From assembly GCA_051294375.1 (NCBI GenBank), contig JBJCIZ010001662.1, positions 23,272-87,271 on the forward strand: a stretch of DNA of 64,000 nt, in the 5' to 3' direction. This document shows, piece by piece, positions 1 through 12,157 of the stretch. Both the position numbers and the translations under genes were made by a program. Position 1 is the first letter of the stretch. Each line of letters opens with the position of its first letter. A model generated the notes under the pieces. That model did not search any database. It was not told the DNA's origin and saw nothing but the letters and a program-made list of their open reading frames with translations. The stretch is from Paraspadella gotoi. Its lineage: Eukaryota; Animalia; Chaetognatha.

Positions 1-29
1 GAACGGTTGGTGGATTTTGGTCCACCATA
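1..29 (-). mobile_element. Terminal fragment of the TRIM LTR, cut by the window edge
   Basis: gaacggttggtggattttggtccaccata is the reverse complement of the LTR start seen at 33971 and 35974. Confidence 0.8.
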
Positions 30-691
30 GTATGTAATTTTTAAGAGAGAGAGAATTTGAGAGATGACAGATATTAGAGATGAGGAGTTTGAGGACGGCT
101 GAAGATAATAATAATGTCAGATAGGAATGGAAGAACAATGTCGTACCAAATTTTACATCTCCAAGAGCCTGACGAACATAATGGGGGAATTTTTGATTAT
201 AGCAGATCCCGGCTCTATAATTCACTTTGTCTGTCCGTCGGTCCGCCCCCCCAATCTTGTCAGGCTTTCACTTATATCATGTCAGAACATCGAATTATGA
301 TAAATTATTCAAAAGAAATGTCCATCCGTCTGTCCATCCGTCCATCCATCCATCCCACCTTAGCAAAAAACACCAATTACTCGTGATTGGATGGATGGAT
401 TTAGATAAAATTTTGTGTGTGGGTAGGGAAGTGTTTGATTGAGCTGGATATGAAGTTTCAATGGAATCGTCCAAGTGGAAATGAGTTAAAATGGAAAAAA
501 ACAAAAAAATGTATTTCACTATTTGAACGCCAATTATTCGTGAGTGCATGGGGCAATTGACCTCAAATTTTGTATGTGGGTAGGAAAGTGTGAGATTGAG
601 CAGGAAATAAAGTTTCGATGGAATCGTCCAAGTGAAAATGAGTTAAAAGGGAAAAAAACAAACAATCTATTTCACTATTTGATTATGCTTT

Positions 692-1045
692 TTTATCGTC
701 GCAATCGCTAAGCGTTTGCGACGATATTGTATCGCTTTTGCCCATAAGTGGCGTCGTCGTCGTCGTCGGCGTTCCAAATTATAGATCGCCTTTTTTATGA
801 TTAAATTTGGGTGTATGAAGCTGAAACTTTATATACAGCTTCTTATCATCGATGTGCTTAAAATTGAGTCTGGACAGTTATTAAATGTTTTGTTTACGTT
901 TTATCAAAACAAACAATTTTTTTCTTTTATTTTCATATTTCTTTCTCTCTCTCTTTTAATTACGAGCCTGCAGCTGGCTCTACAGGGGCTTATTCTTTTT
1001 CTCTCTTTTCTCCTGCTGCTTCTGCTGCTGCCTTTTGATTTCTTT

Positions 1046-1086
<41 letters not shown>

Positions 1087-1305
1087 GTTTTTATTAAAAA
1101 AAAAATTTGAATTAGGATTGAACTCGTAACTTAAATTTTCTTCCGTACTTTATTATTTTTTTTTATTGACAATCGCAAAATATAATTTTTCTTTGTTTAT
1201 AATTTAATTTTCTTTTCTCAAATTTTATTTTTTTAGTATCAAAATTTGTTGTCAATCCAGATTTTTCTTATGCTATTGCGACGTTCCTTATGCTTTTAAG
1301 ATTTT
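692..1305 (+). mobile_element. Helentron/DINE-like element, family B
   Basis: 5' palindrome atcgtcgcaatcgc-taa-gcgtttgcgacgat after a T run, a (gtc)n tract, and a 3' end attgcgacgttccttatgcttttaagatttt. Further copies start at 29850, 35716, 44145, 49293 and 51170. Confidence 0.65.
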
Positions 1306-1363
1306 TTATTTTTATATTAAATGTAAATTCAAGCTGCATTAATTAATTATTAGTAATTAATTA

Positions 1364-2085
1364 CAGAAGGCTTCATATTATAAAATGTAGTACCCCTTTT
1401 TTGTGACCAGAACACGTTCCGAGAAAACTACTGAATAGAATTTAATGAAATTTTGCATGCGGAGTCCCAGTAGAGATACAAATGGAACTATCAAGGCGAA
1501 TTTTTACATTCAACCCCTAAGCTGAGATAAGGGGCCCTGAGGGGGCAGCCCCTGAGGGCCACATATGGTCAAAAAAATTTTTCAACTTTTTTAATTATTT
1601 TTGTTTTAAACAGTTGCACAGACGTTTACTCTTCCACAAAAATGTATTTATTACCTCAAAAATCTTCATTTACCTTAATTTTTAGCTTCATGAACATCAG
1701 CAGTTAGTCAGATTTGGAAAATTTGGGAAAATTGGAAGTAAAACGATGAACCATGCATTTTCAACCATGCTTAATTGTTGCAAATTTATCAATTTTAGTT
1801 TTAAAATGTTTTTTTCTTATGTTTAAAACGTACATAATACTAATAAAAAAAATTTGAAAAATAAAAAAAAAATTTTTAGCATTTTTTGGCCCCCCCAGGG
1901 GTCCACCCCCAGGGCCCTGTATCTCTTGTTAGGGGTTGAATATCAAAATTCGCCTCAATAGTTTTATTTATATAGTCATTAGCACTCTAAATGTAAAATT
2001 TCATTAAATTCGATTGGGTAGTTTGGTGGGAACAGATTCTGGTCACAAAAAAGGGGTACTACATTTTATAATATGAAGCCTTCTG
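1364..2085. mobile_element. MITE with about 55-bp TIRs and TA target duplication (Tc1/mariner-type ends)
   Basis: Left end TA|cagaaggcttcatattataaaatgtagtacccctttttt and right end aaaaaaggggtactacattttataatatgaagccttctg|TA. No ORF inside. Confidence 0.85.
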
Positions 2086-2759
2086 TAATTAATTTTGTGA
2101 TCGAGATTGTTGTTTTGTGATTGAGAGGCGAGACAAAGTGGAAAACTATTTTGACACGAATTAAAAAAATTAATATTAATTAACTAATTAATAATTATCT
2201 GATCAGCTGGTTACCGCTAATGATCGTGGGCAGATCCGGCATTGTTTGCTAAAACTTGTTTTCAATCAAACAATTAAAAAGCCTTTTGTTTTCAGATAGT
2301 TCCGCTAGGGAAATAAAAAATAAATAAAGAGAAGGAAAAAATCATTTTAATTTAATCGTTTTAAATTTTGCGCAAACATTTGTGAGCATATTTCGTCGAA
2401 TTGTTATGATAATTATTTAATAAAATGTTAGTAATAGGGGCCGGAGCATTTTTAGATTCGAGTGGAGAGGTACTTATTAGACGTAATGAACATTTCCAAA
2501 AATAATTATAGTAACACAAGGGCCAAAATATCTCACATATCTTGGCGCACAATTAAAAGCGATAAAATTTTTCTGCCTATTTTTAATTTTATGCTCTATT
2601 TTTTAATAAATCAACCTTGCGGAACTTTTGGAAACCAGGCAATTTAATTGTTAAGAAAAAATATAATGTATTTAATATTATAATTTTAGAAGGTATATTT
2701 ATTATTTATGAATAAAAATTTAATTTAAAATTTATGTCATTTATATACACATTGATATT

Positions 2760-2886
2760 ATTAGAGGGTGAGATTCTGGGTTATATGGCCATTTAGATAC
2801 TGTATGCAATATCGTTCAGTGTTTTGGTCAGAACCGATTCTCGGTCAGAAAAACGGGGAGAGCATTTTCTAATATGAAGACTTCTG
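2760..2886. mobile_element. Degenerate right end of the same TA-MITE family, just upstream of the FARSA acceptor
   Basis: gattctcggtcagaaaaacggggagagcattttctaatatgaagacttctg|ta aligns to 2035-2087. Confidence 0.7.
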
Positions 2887-2917
2887 TAATTGACTTCTTG
2901 ATTTTGTGTGGTTTCAG

Positions 2918-3149
2918 CTACCATGATGGTCTTGAAAAATGGGTGGAGGTTGGAAACTCTGGAATTTTTCGTCCAGAGATGATTCTCCCCATGGGACTGC
3001 CCAAAGATGTTGGCGTCGTTGCATGGGGTCTATCATTAGAAAGACCCACAATGATCAAATATGGATATGACAACATCCGAGACTTGATCGGTCCGAGGGT
3101 CGATCTCGAAATGATCCGACGAAATCCTCTCTGCCGCCTGGAGAAGTAA
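2918..3149 (+). CDS. FARSA: Cytoplasmic phenylalanyl-tRNA synthetase alpha subunit, last coding exon
   Basis: [49 protein letters not shown] matches the eukaryotic PheRS-alpha C-terminus (class II motif 3, [10 protein letters not shown]). Acceptor tttcag at 2912-2917, stop TAA at 3147-3149. Confidence 0.96.
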
Positions 3150-3261
3150 ATTTGAAAGACATATTTTAGAAACTGTTAAGGACTCATGGTGGATACTATC
3201 ATTACCGAAGCAAGCTCAAATTTGTTGTAATCGAACGGACCATCCATATTTGGTTCTGTGA

Positions 3262-3288
3262 TTCTCTCTTAACTTTTTCGTTTTTCAG
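3262..3288 (+). promoter_or_regulatory. Polypyrimidine tract plus TTTTCAG acceptor; candidate trans-splice site for EMC4
   Basis: ttctctcttaactttttcgtttttcag lies 139 nt after the FARSA stop and 33 nt before the EMC4 ATG. Confidence 0.5.
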
Positions 3289-3321
3289 TTTCTTGTGTAA
3301 TCGAGTAATAGTCAGTTTTCA

Positions 3322-3594
3322 ATGATGAGAATGCCATCGGCGCCCGTAACGACGAGATCTTCGAAAGAAGCGACGCCGACGACGATCAAATGGCTCGTCG
3401 ACTTCACCGGCCGCAGCGGGGCTCGAAGCGCTGGCCTCGGCGATCGACATATCAGCCAATGCGCTCAGTTCGATCTCGCCTCGCCGCCGGGATTTAGCCA
3501 TGACAAGCTGGCCCCTGATGTCGCCGCAAAGGAACAAGATCACAAGCTCGTGGTTAAGAGGTCGTGGGACGTCGCCCTGGGACCTTTGAAACAG
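3322..3594 (+). CDS. EMC4: ER membrane protein complex subunit 4 (TMEM85), first coding exon
   Basis: KWLVDF...SPPGF...EQDHKLVVKRSWDVALGPLKQ matches the EMC4 N-terminus (human KWAIEL...[21 protein letters not shown]). Similarity stops exactly at the donor CAG|gttgtc (GT at 3595). Confidence 0.93.
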
Positions 3595-6500
3595 GTTGTC
3601 TTAAGTTGTTTTTTTTGGTATTTGTATTTTTGAGTTCAAATGAGTGTGAGAAATCAAATCTAAAAGGTTATCTAAAGCAATAATAATGAATAATGTTAAA
3701 ATTTATTTTATTATTTTTTCTCATTTGTCCTTATTTAGTTTAATTACAAAAAAGCTTAAACTATTTAATTTTACTTTTTACAAACAGGAGTATGATATGA
3801 TATGACTTAATTCTAATAAATTATATTGAATAATTTTGTACAATTATAAGAAAAAATGATTATAAAAAAATAAATAATAAAGAAATAAGAAAATATTACT
3901 TGTAAGTCGATTATCTCGTGAATGAATTATCTTAAAATGATGTGAATGGGTTCATCTGGATGGTCTTAAAAAATGCATCAGGATGTGTTTGTGCTTCGAG
4001 CTTATTATTTCTAATTTTCGTTGGCTGACTTTGGTTTCGAGAAAGACGATACAGAATTTGGAATGCGTTGGTAAGTTTATTCTTTCACAAAATATGGCTA
4101 CGCGAAATTAACGAGTTTAAAAAAGATAAAACGTGAGGTTAAAAACGAGCTTAAAATATAAACCACCAATATATGGTTAAAAACGTGTACGTCCGGGGCT
4201 CTCGAAGCCACTCAATTTTGCCTCCCGCGACGTTCTAAAGTAAAAAATAATCATGATATCGTCTTCACATTCGATATTTTTCTTCGCGTAAAACGGGCGA
4301 GGCACGACGCGGATCTCTCCCGTCGTCGGGTACGACGGCCACGGTCGTGTCGAATCATGACCGGCGTAACACCCCCTCCCACGACCACAAGGCCGCAGAG
4401 TCATTCCGGATATCCTGGAAGGGGAAGGGTTGTTCAAGGGAAAGGAAAAAGAAATCATTAATAAACCAATTCTACATATCATTCAATTCTAGTCTAATTA
4501 GAACTAAATAAAATGCCTCAAAATTTAAGTAAGGTTCAATCAAAAATAAAATCGTCGCCAAACTAATACTAAAATTCGAATTCAAAACAAAAACTTAGCG
4601 GAGTCTCATCGCTAAACAATTCGATTTTTCGTGTTCTAAAACGCGTCTTAGTAAGAATTAAATGCACGCAAAAAAATAAATTCAGAAGTAAATAAAAAAA
4701 ATCTATGACCATTGACCAACCTTACCTTTCCTGAAATAAAAGGGTTAGCAACAGAATTTAAGACAGAAAAAATTCAAATGGTACCTGTGACCTGTAAGGT
4801 TAAATTAAAAAAGTTACAGCGGTTATAAATTCAAAACGAAATAATTACATTAATTTCGTAACAAAATAAAAAACTTTTCCCCCCTCCGTAAAAAGGGAAA
4901 AGAATCTTCAGATCTTTTGCATCAGACGACTCGTCAACAAAACAAGTTTGAGCAAACAATGTCGGATCTGCCTACGATAATTAATTAATTATTAAATAAT
5001 TATTAATTTAATAAATAATTATTAATAAATAATTTTTAATAAATAATTATTATTAATTAATTAATTTTTAATTAATCCCAATATTGTCCATGCTTCAGTG
5101 TAGCCCTTGCGCAGCCTTAACTTCATGGTTTTGTCCTTGTCAGGCTGAAGGTGCGGCGACCAGTGAAGTGAGGTCGAAGCCATGGGGTTCTGTCTGGGTA
5201 AGGAAGAGAAAAAACAAATTAAAAAAGACGAGAATCTCGTCCAAATCAAAATTCAAAAGGGCGAGCAGCGCCGTCTCCAGTGCTGAGTTGCAAAAGCAAA
5301 CTGGCGCGGCTTCAGCCGTCAATTCTTTAAAATTCACAATCTTTCTTTCGTCAGCCAACGTCTTTCAAGGAGGAGAGACCAGAGGTTGAAAAACCTCCGG
5401 CGTCAGTCGTCGCCGCGCGGTCCAAAGAACGTCGAGGGAGAGCAAGAGAGAAGGTCGGCACCAGATCCGACCGTCGTCGCTGCTTTCGAATTTTTGATTG
5501 CTTCGACGTCGGGAGTCTTTAGGCCGGGGGGTTCTGGGTCCCAGCATCAAAATGAAGGTCGCAGCGCACTCTTCAATTCGAAGCCATGGGCTCGCGACCA
5601 GGAAGCTCGTAACAAAGAAATATCTAATTTATAATATATTTATATATATGACACAATTGAAAAATAACGTGGCGAAAACGGTCTCGTGCTGATTTTGTCG
5701 CCTTTAAAATTGTTTCGGAGCCAAATTAATTGATCATTATTTTTGGTAATATGTGCGATATACATACTGGACATTACTGTATCTGATCATAACCCTTGAC
5801 CATCACAAAAAAGCTAACTAGATCAAAAATAGTAAAAAAGATGAAGCAATATAGCTTGAAACGCTTACAAAATTTTAGACCATTGCTTTTATAAATGCAA
5901 AAAAAATTAATATTATTAAAACAAAACTTAACGATAACCTAATAGTTAACCGAGACCAAGATGAATATTTTTTACGCCATCATTTCCTCAATTTATATGG
6001 AATCATTTGTTGTGTAATTAGTCAATTAATCTAAATAACAATATGACAAATTCAATTTTCAATTTTCTTTATGAATGGAAGTTTTCTCTGCTTTACTCCC
6101 TTGTGTCTAATTATTTAATATTTTAAAAGATATTTTCAAAAACCTTATATAATTGCTCTATTTTTTACTTTTTTTCAAAATTCTTTCAAACCAAAAACAA
6201 CATCATAAAAACATTTAAATTAATAAAAAATTGATTGAATGATTTTGGAAAAAAAATATTTTGAAACTTGAGATAATGGATTATGATGAGTCAGGAAAAA
6301 AATTTTGCATTCTAAAAAAAATCAGCCCTCTTAGCCTTTCAATTTTTCTAGAGCTGATTTTTTTTTTTTGATATTTTGATTTCTATGCAAAACCATTATT
6401 CTCAATGAGCATAGGTCGGGACGAAATTTTTTTCCAACAATTTGAAAAAATTTCACTTTTTTAATTAGGCTTTTTGGGGGAAATAAATAAATAAATTATT

Positions 6501-7863
6501 ATACGATGGGTAATTCTGAATAGTGATTGTCTCTAAATGACAAAAAAAATTTCTTCAAGTTTTATTTTGAAATTTAAGTATGTACCAATAAAATAAGTGA
6601 GATACTCTCGCTTTGCCGAATTTTTATTTAACAAAGTTTGTACTGCGTAATTTAAAAAAAATTATTTTTTTTAAATAAACTTTTGAAAGAAAAGAGGTAG
6701 CAAGGTGGATGTGTGATCAAATTAAAGCCTAATCATAGGACAACTTTCTAAAAGAGTTTTAATTAATTAAATCCATAAATCTTTATACACAGCTTTTGTT
6801 TAAATCAGAGTTAAAAGTATAACAGTTTTTTGCTTTAAAATTTTAATGAAGGCATATAAATTTTGTTTTTTCTTTTGTAATTTTGAAAAAGGAAAGACTG
6901 AATTAATTTGTTTGATTATTAATTTTTTTTATTCCAATAAAATGCTTATATTTTTCAGTTAAAGTAAAAAACAAGCAAAAATTTATGTTGTAGCTTGATA
7001 AAATGTATTTTTAATATTAAAAATGATAAATACAAATGTTTTCAGCTTGATAAAAACAGTCTGGACATCTACCTTCTTGTCTGTGAAAAAAAAATCGTCA
7101 TTTTTCATTATCTTTAACTGCAAACTAAAAGCTTGACAACTGCTTGTTTATATAAATAAAGTTGTAAAAATAATTATATAGCTGGGTAAACATATTTGAC
7201 AAAAAAACATCATTGAGTTAAATTGTATTGAATAATTTTTTTTTAAAATATAGCAAGGAATTATAATTCTATTATTTTTATCATGCCTATTTAATTAAGA
7301 AAAAAATATTTCTCGTAATAGCCCATTAGAAAGGTTTCATTGATGAGCTTATGATAAAATATATTTAGATTTTCTTTACCTAGCCCCTATTATTCACAAG
7401 ATAATAAAAGGTCATGTTATCATGTCAAATAGTCCAGATTATCTGTACCCTTTCTGCCAACCTGCATTCAATTTTCTTTTTTTCCCTTTCAAATGTATTA
7501 AATAAAAAAATTATTTGAGAGAATCAATTGGTGTGGAGGTTGCCATTGGTAAGCCTTAGTTACCCCACTTCCCGATCAAAATTTTAATGATGAGGTTTTT
7601 TTTTCCATCTATTTGAGACATAACTCTAACTATTAGTACTATTATTTTTTCTATTAGAGATCTATGAATAAATATGAATAAGTAACTTTTCACCTATATT
7701 AGTGTATCAAAGATGGATTCGGATTTTTAAAAAACGTTTACACAAGTGATCACACACCTAATATACTTTAATTTAAAACACCTTTTATTCGATTTGAAAT
7801 TCTCAACATGAGAGATCCCGCGGTCGATTTTATCTGGCCCTAAATTATGCAATATTAGCTTAA

Positions 7864-8682
7864 GAGGAAAGGTCATTCAGCATAACAATATGTAATCATT
7901 GATGTATTAGAGCTAATATATCGAGAAATACATTATAAATCTCAAGTATTCACAAAAAAAATAAGTTTTTATTTATATGTAAACATTCGTTTTTATTCAT
8001 TTTTTTTTAAATGGGTACATAACAAAATTTTAAGTTAAATGGTAAGCACATTTTTTAAAGATTTGTTTTTCAAATCTGTTTGTTAAATAATTCTAGTAGA
8101 AGTTAAAAACACGGTGTGGGTTAGTTTAGAAGGGGGAATTAAAACAATTAAATTCTCGTTACTCTGTTGGTTTTTCCAAGTCAGTGAACAAAATCTTCAG
8201 TTAAATAGATGGTAAAGAAATTCAAGCTACATAGGAATATACACTGAATTTGAAGAGTTGCAGCCTAAACGACTGCAATAATATTGATTAAAAAAATTTG
8301 ATTAAGCAATCTTAAAAACATTTGTAAAATTGTAATAGAGAGACATTTTGATAAACGCGTTCCATGTTGAAAGAATTCAGGGTTAAAGTTTAAAAACGTT
8401 TCATTTTCAAGGATACAAGTTGAAATTTAAAATGTCTCTCTATTATTTTTCTAAATTCAGTAATAGAAATTCATAAAAATATCAGATGGATTGACCTTGT
8501 TTCGTTTTGACCCTGCAACTCTTTCAGATAGGTTTTCTTTTATTTTATATTATAATTAAACCAATATAAAATGGGGTAGAATGCATCAAATGTTTAAAGT
8601 GAATACATTTTCGGAATGCCAGGAGCTCAGCTTTACTCGCATTTTAGCTCTATTTTGAAGTTGAATTGAATGACCCTTTTTC
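7864..8682. mobile_element. MITE flanked by TTAA (Kolobok-like ends); duplicate at 17165-17984
   Basis: ttaa|gaggaaaggtcattca ... tgaatgaccctttttc|ttaa, with internal inverted pairs gagttgcag/ctgcaactc and aatagagagacattt/aaatgtctctctatt. Confidence 0.6.
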
Positions 8683-10806
8683 TTAAGATTCGAAGTTGTC
8701 AGAATAACGATGAGTCTCCTTTTATTCGCGTAATTTTAAAAACGTTTCTTATTTGTAATATTATAATATATTTAAATATTAAAGTTTTTAGAATATATGT
8801 TTATAAATATAAAATAGTTTATAGATTATACTAATAATAAATGATATAATAAAAAATATTTTTAAGTTTTTAAATATATTTTATAAATATAAATGTTGGA
8901 TTACATTATAAATTATACTTATGAGAAGCTGAAATGCTTTTTCTAGCAAATGAGGAATTCTGATACAGATTTTTGCCATAAAAAATTAATAAATTAACTT
9001 ATTTTTCTTGCTTAATAAATCCTTAATTACATAATTATTATTAACTTTATAAATGAATAATTCGATTCGTTTAATTTACCTGTTATATTGTGCTTTTAAT
9101 AAATAGGTAAATTTCCGAGAAAACATGATACATGGAAAGATAACAAGATAACCAATTAAAGAGGTAAAATATTTGAAGAGGAATAAAAAATAATTAATAT
9201 TAATATTATAAAATATATTAATATAATATTAATATAATATATAATAATAGTATTTATAATTATATATAAATTATTTTTTTTTCTTTTAAAAAAACTAGGA
9301 AAATTATTACAATTTTTAGAGCAAAGCTTGGAAAGCAGGGCAATTTTATGATTAGTCTAATCTTATCTCCATGTACCATCATAATAAATCATGACTTTTA
9401 CATTATAATACTGATATCAATAGATAATTGAAAAATATTTTTCTCTTTCACTAATACAAAATTTTAAAAAGTCTAAAATTAAAAGCTAAAAACTGTGAAA
9501 GTTAAATGTCATTCATTTCGATATAATTCTAACTGTATATACATATAGATTTAAGTGAATAAGGATCCCTATCTCATGGTAGTCGAGATCAATGATTTAA
9601 GTTTTTATATGTTTTGAACTGATCGGCTTAAGAATTAATAATACTGGTCTATAAACATTAACTAATTAAACAATAATAAATATTTATGTAACTATTAGTA
9701 ATAATAAAGTAGTTTCATTCAAAGCAAACAGAGAACACTTGAGAAGGAAACTTAACTTCCAAGATTTTAACAGATTGCTTTGTTTATAAGTTTTTTTAAA
9801 TCAAAACCCCGTATATTAATAGTCCAATACATGTCAATTAATATAAAATAATCAAGCTTTGTCCTGTATACCTTGACAGATGGCTTTTATCTTAATTCTT
9901 CAATCAACAATATTGAAAAGTTCAGTAAACAAATTTTGATAAAAACTCCAAAAACACATGATAATATTTTAATTGTTAACAACAACGATGAAAGCAATGA
10001 ATTAGTCCGAATATGCATTTTATGTTAAAAAAATTAATGTCCTTATTGTTAACCATTAAAAAAGTTATTATTTCGCTCTAAATCAGAACACAAATATAGA
10101 CGGAAATAATTACATTGACTAAAAACTCAAAAAACATCCGAGATAATTTTTTTATAATTGAAAAAAAGGTTGTGCCTATGGATGCGCAAACCCTCTACAT
10201 CCCTTGGAATTATTAGCCTATTAAATTATCAAAACGACCAAACCACCCGAGCGCCGAGTCTCGTCCAGCACCCGCATTCACCTTCCTCTTCCTCCTCCTA
10301 TGCACCCAGGGCTCGAAGGCTCACTCGCCAGTTTTTCACTTCTCGTTTCCTCCTCTCTCCTCTCTACTTCCTCCTCTCCGCTCCTTCGAATTTCCCTCCA
10401 AAGTTTTTTTGTACACCTTTTTTGCCTTTTTTAAGTAGTATATTACACGTTTTTTCCTAGCATTTTGCCTTCTTTCCCTTACGACTTCGTTATATTAGAC
10501 GCCATGATTACACCATCACCAGATAGAGTGCGCCCAATGTGTTACTCTTACATAACCACTATGAAATCCCCAAACATTTTCCACATCCACGCCGCTGAGC
10601 TGCCTAATCCGGGACTTAACCAAAAATAAGATCTCACCCTTAAAATTTCCCTCTTTCTCTCTACCCATCACAAATAACAAACCTTTCACCCATTTCCTCT
10701 TTTCCTCTCTGAACCCGCTCTCTGACACCTTATTTAACCTTTCTCTGAGGTTATAAAAATGACAAACTATAGTACATAGGAAAAAGGCTTAATAATTGTA
10801 TATTAA

Positions 10807-11457
10807 TGAAGAGACAGTATTATATGTTATATGTTAGTGAAGAACCGATTCAATATAAGCAGTCCTGAAGCTTCGGATCAGGCTGTAACACCATGTTACA
10901 GGCGGTTAAGCCGCCCGGTCCCTCTTAACTGCCAGACGACGCACCGGGCTACGAACCCCGACCTTTGGGTGGGAGGCCGCAACTGACTTGCCTCCGGCAG
11001 CCAATGGCCGCTGATGAACGTTGGTGGATTTTAGTCACCATACATCCCCCCTCCGCGTAGGAGAATCTGTTGCGTCTCTTCAGTGAATTGTTGTGGTGGA
11101 AAGTTCGTACCAAGTTTGAGGCATGTTTGCCTGATGTGTTGTGGGCGGAAGTGCATCGCCAGGTTGAGGCATGTCGCCTGAAAAGTGTTGTTGTTGTGTT
11201 GTTTTCGGAATCGGGGCTACCAATGAAGAGACAGTAATTATTGTTATATGTAGTGACTAGAACCGTTCATAATAAGCAGTCCCCTGAGCTTCGGATAAGG
11301 CTGTAACACCATGTTACAGGCGGGTTAAGCGCCCGTCCTTCTAAACTGCCAGACTAAACACCGGGCTAGAACCCCGGAACGCTTTGGTTGGGAGGCGAAT
11401 GACTTGCTCCGGCACCAATGGCCGCTGATGAACGGTTGTGGATTTTAGTCCACCATA
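10807..11457 (-). mobile_element. TRIM (miniature LTR retrotransposon), full copy
   Basis: Two LTRs of about 230 bp around a spacer of about 180 bp; reverse complement of 35974-36620. Confidence 0.85.
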
Positions 11458-12157
11458 ATAAAAATTATATAAAAAGAAGAAGGGGATAAAATTGTCAATC
11501 AAATATATCCGATTTAAAGCATTTATGTTTTTGTATAAACTTTGATCATTGTTAAAATATAATTTTATCTTTTATAAATTTACTTATATTTATTTTATTT
11601 TCATTGACTATATAAGATCGGATTTTAATTAATTTTCACTTTAAAATAAGTTCAGTACTGAATTTCAGTAAAGCAAAACAAAACGATTAATTTCTAAAAC
11701 GTTTTCCTATAAAAACAGAAAAAACTATATAAAATTACACATAGTCAGCTATTAAAAACTATAAATTATTAAGCATATATGAAATTATTAATAAACATTA
11801 GAAAATAATATTAATAAGTACAACATGTTAATTATAAAAAAACTAAACTCATTCGTCAGATTCATCAGGCAAAATGCTCTTTTATGAAACAAGTTTGAGC
11901 AAAGTCGGGATCTGCTGATAAGCAGAACCGACTAAAAATTCGAGAAAGGAGAATGGATTTCTCCATGAAAATTAATTTCTTAAGTGCAATTTACAATACT
12001 TAAACGTACAAAAGGTATAAATTACAAATGATTTCCGCGGCGAGGATCTCGCTCACGTCTTATTTCTTGTTCAAAATTTTCAAATCATAATCAAATCCAA
12101 AGATCTTAATTCGAGTTTGTGAAACAATTCCGGGTTCATAATTAGAATTTGATAAAA

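Larger units (their letters stand above)
200..2260 (+). mobile_element. Helentron/DINE-1-like non-autonomous element, family A, with nested insertions
   Basis: Begins with the gcagatccc subterminal motif, has GTCC/ATCC microsatellites at about 230-350, and ends gcagatccggcattgtttgctaaaacttgtttt. It is the reverse complement of the copy at 38667-39985. The subTIR + microsatellite + 3' hairpin + T-run layout matches DINE-1/HINE. Confidence 0.65.
5088..11885 (+). repeat. About 6.8-kb direct duplication, copy 1
   Basis: Colinear and near-identical to 14408-21170; differences are mostly 1-bp indels. Confidence 0.9.

Noticed and set aside
2874-2917. N-terminal [14 protein letters not shown] of the 91-aa ORF
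   Set aside because: It is intronic; the ATG comes from the MITE TIR and homology begins after the AG at 2917.
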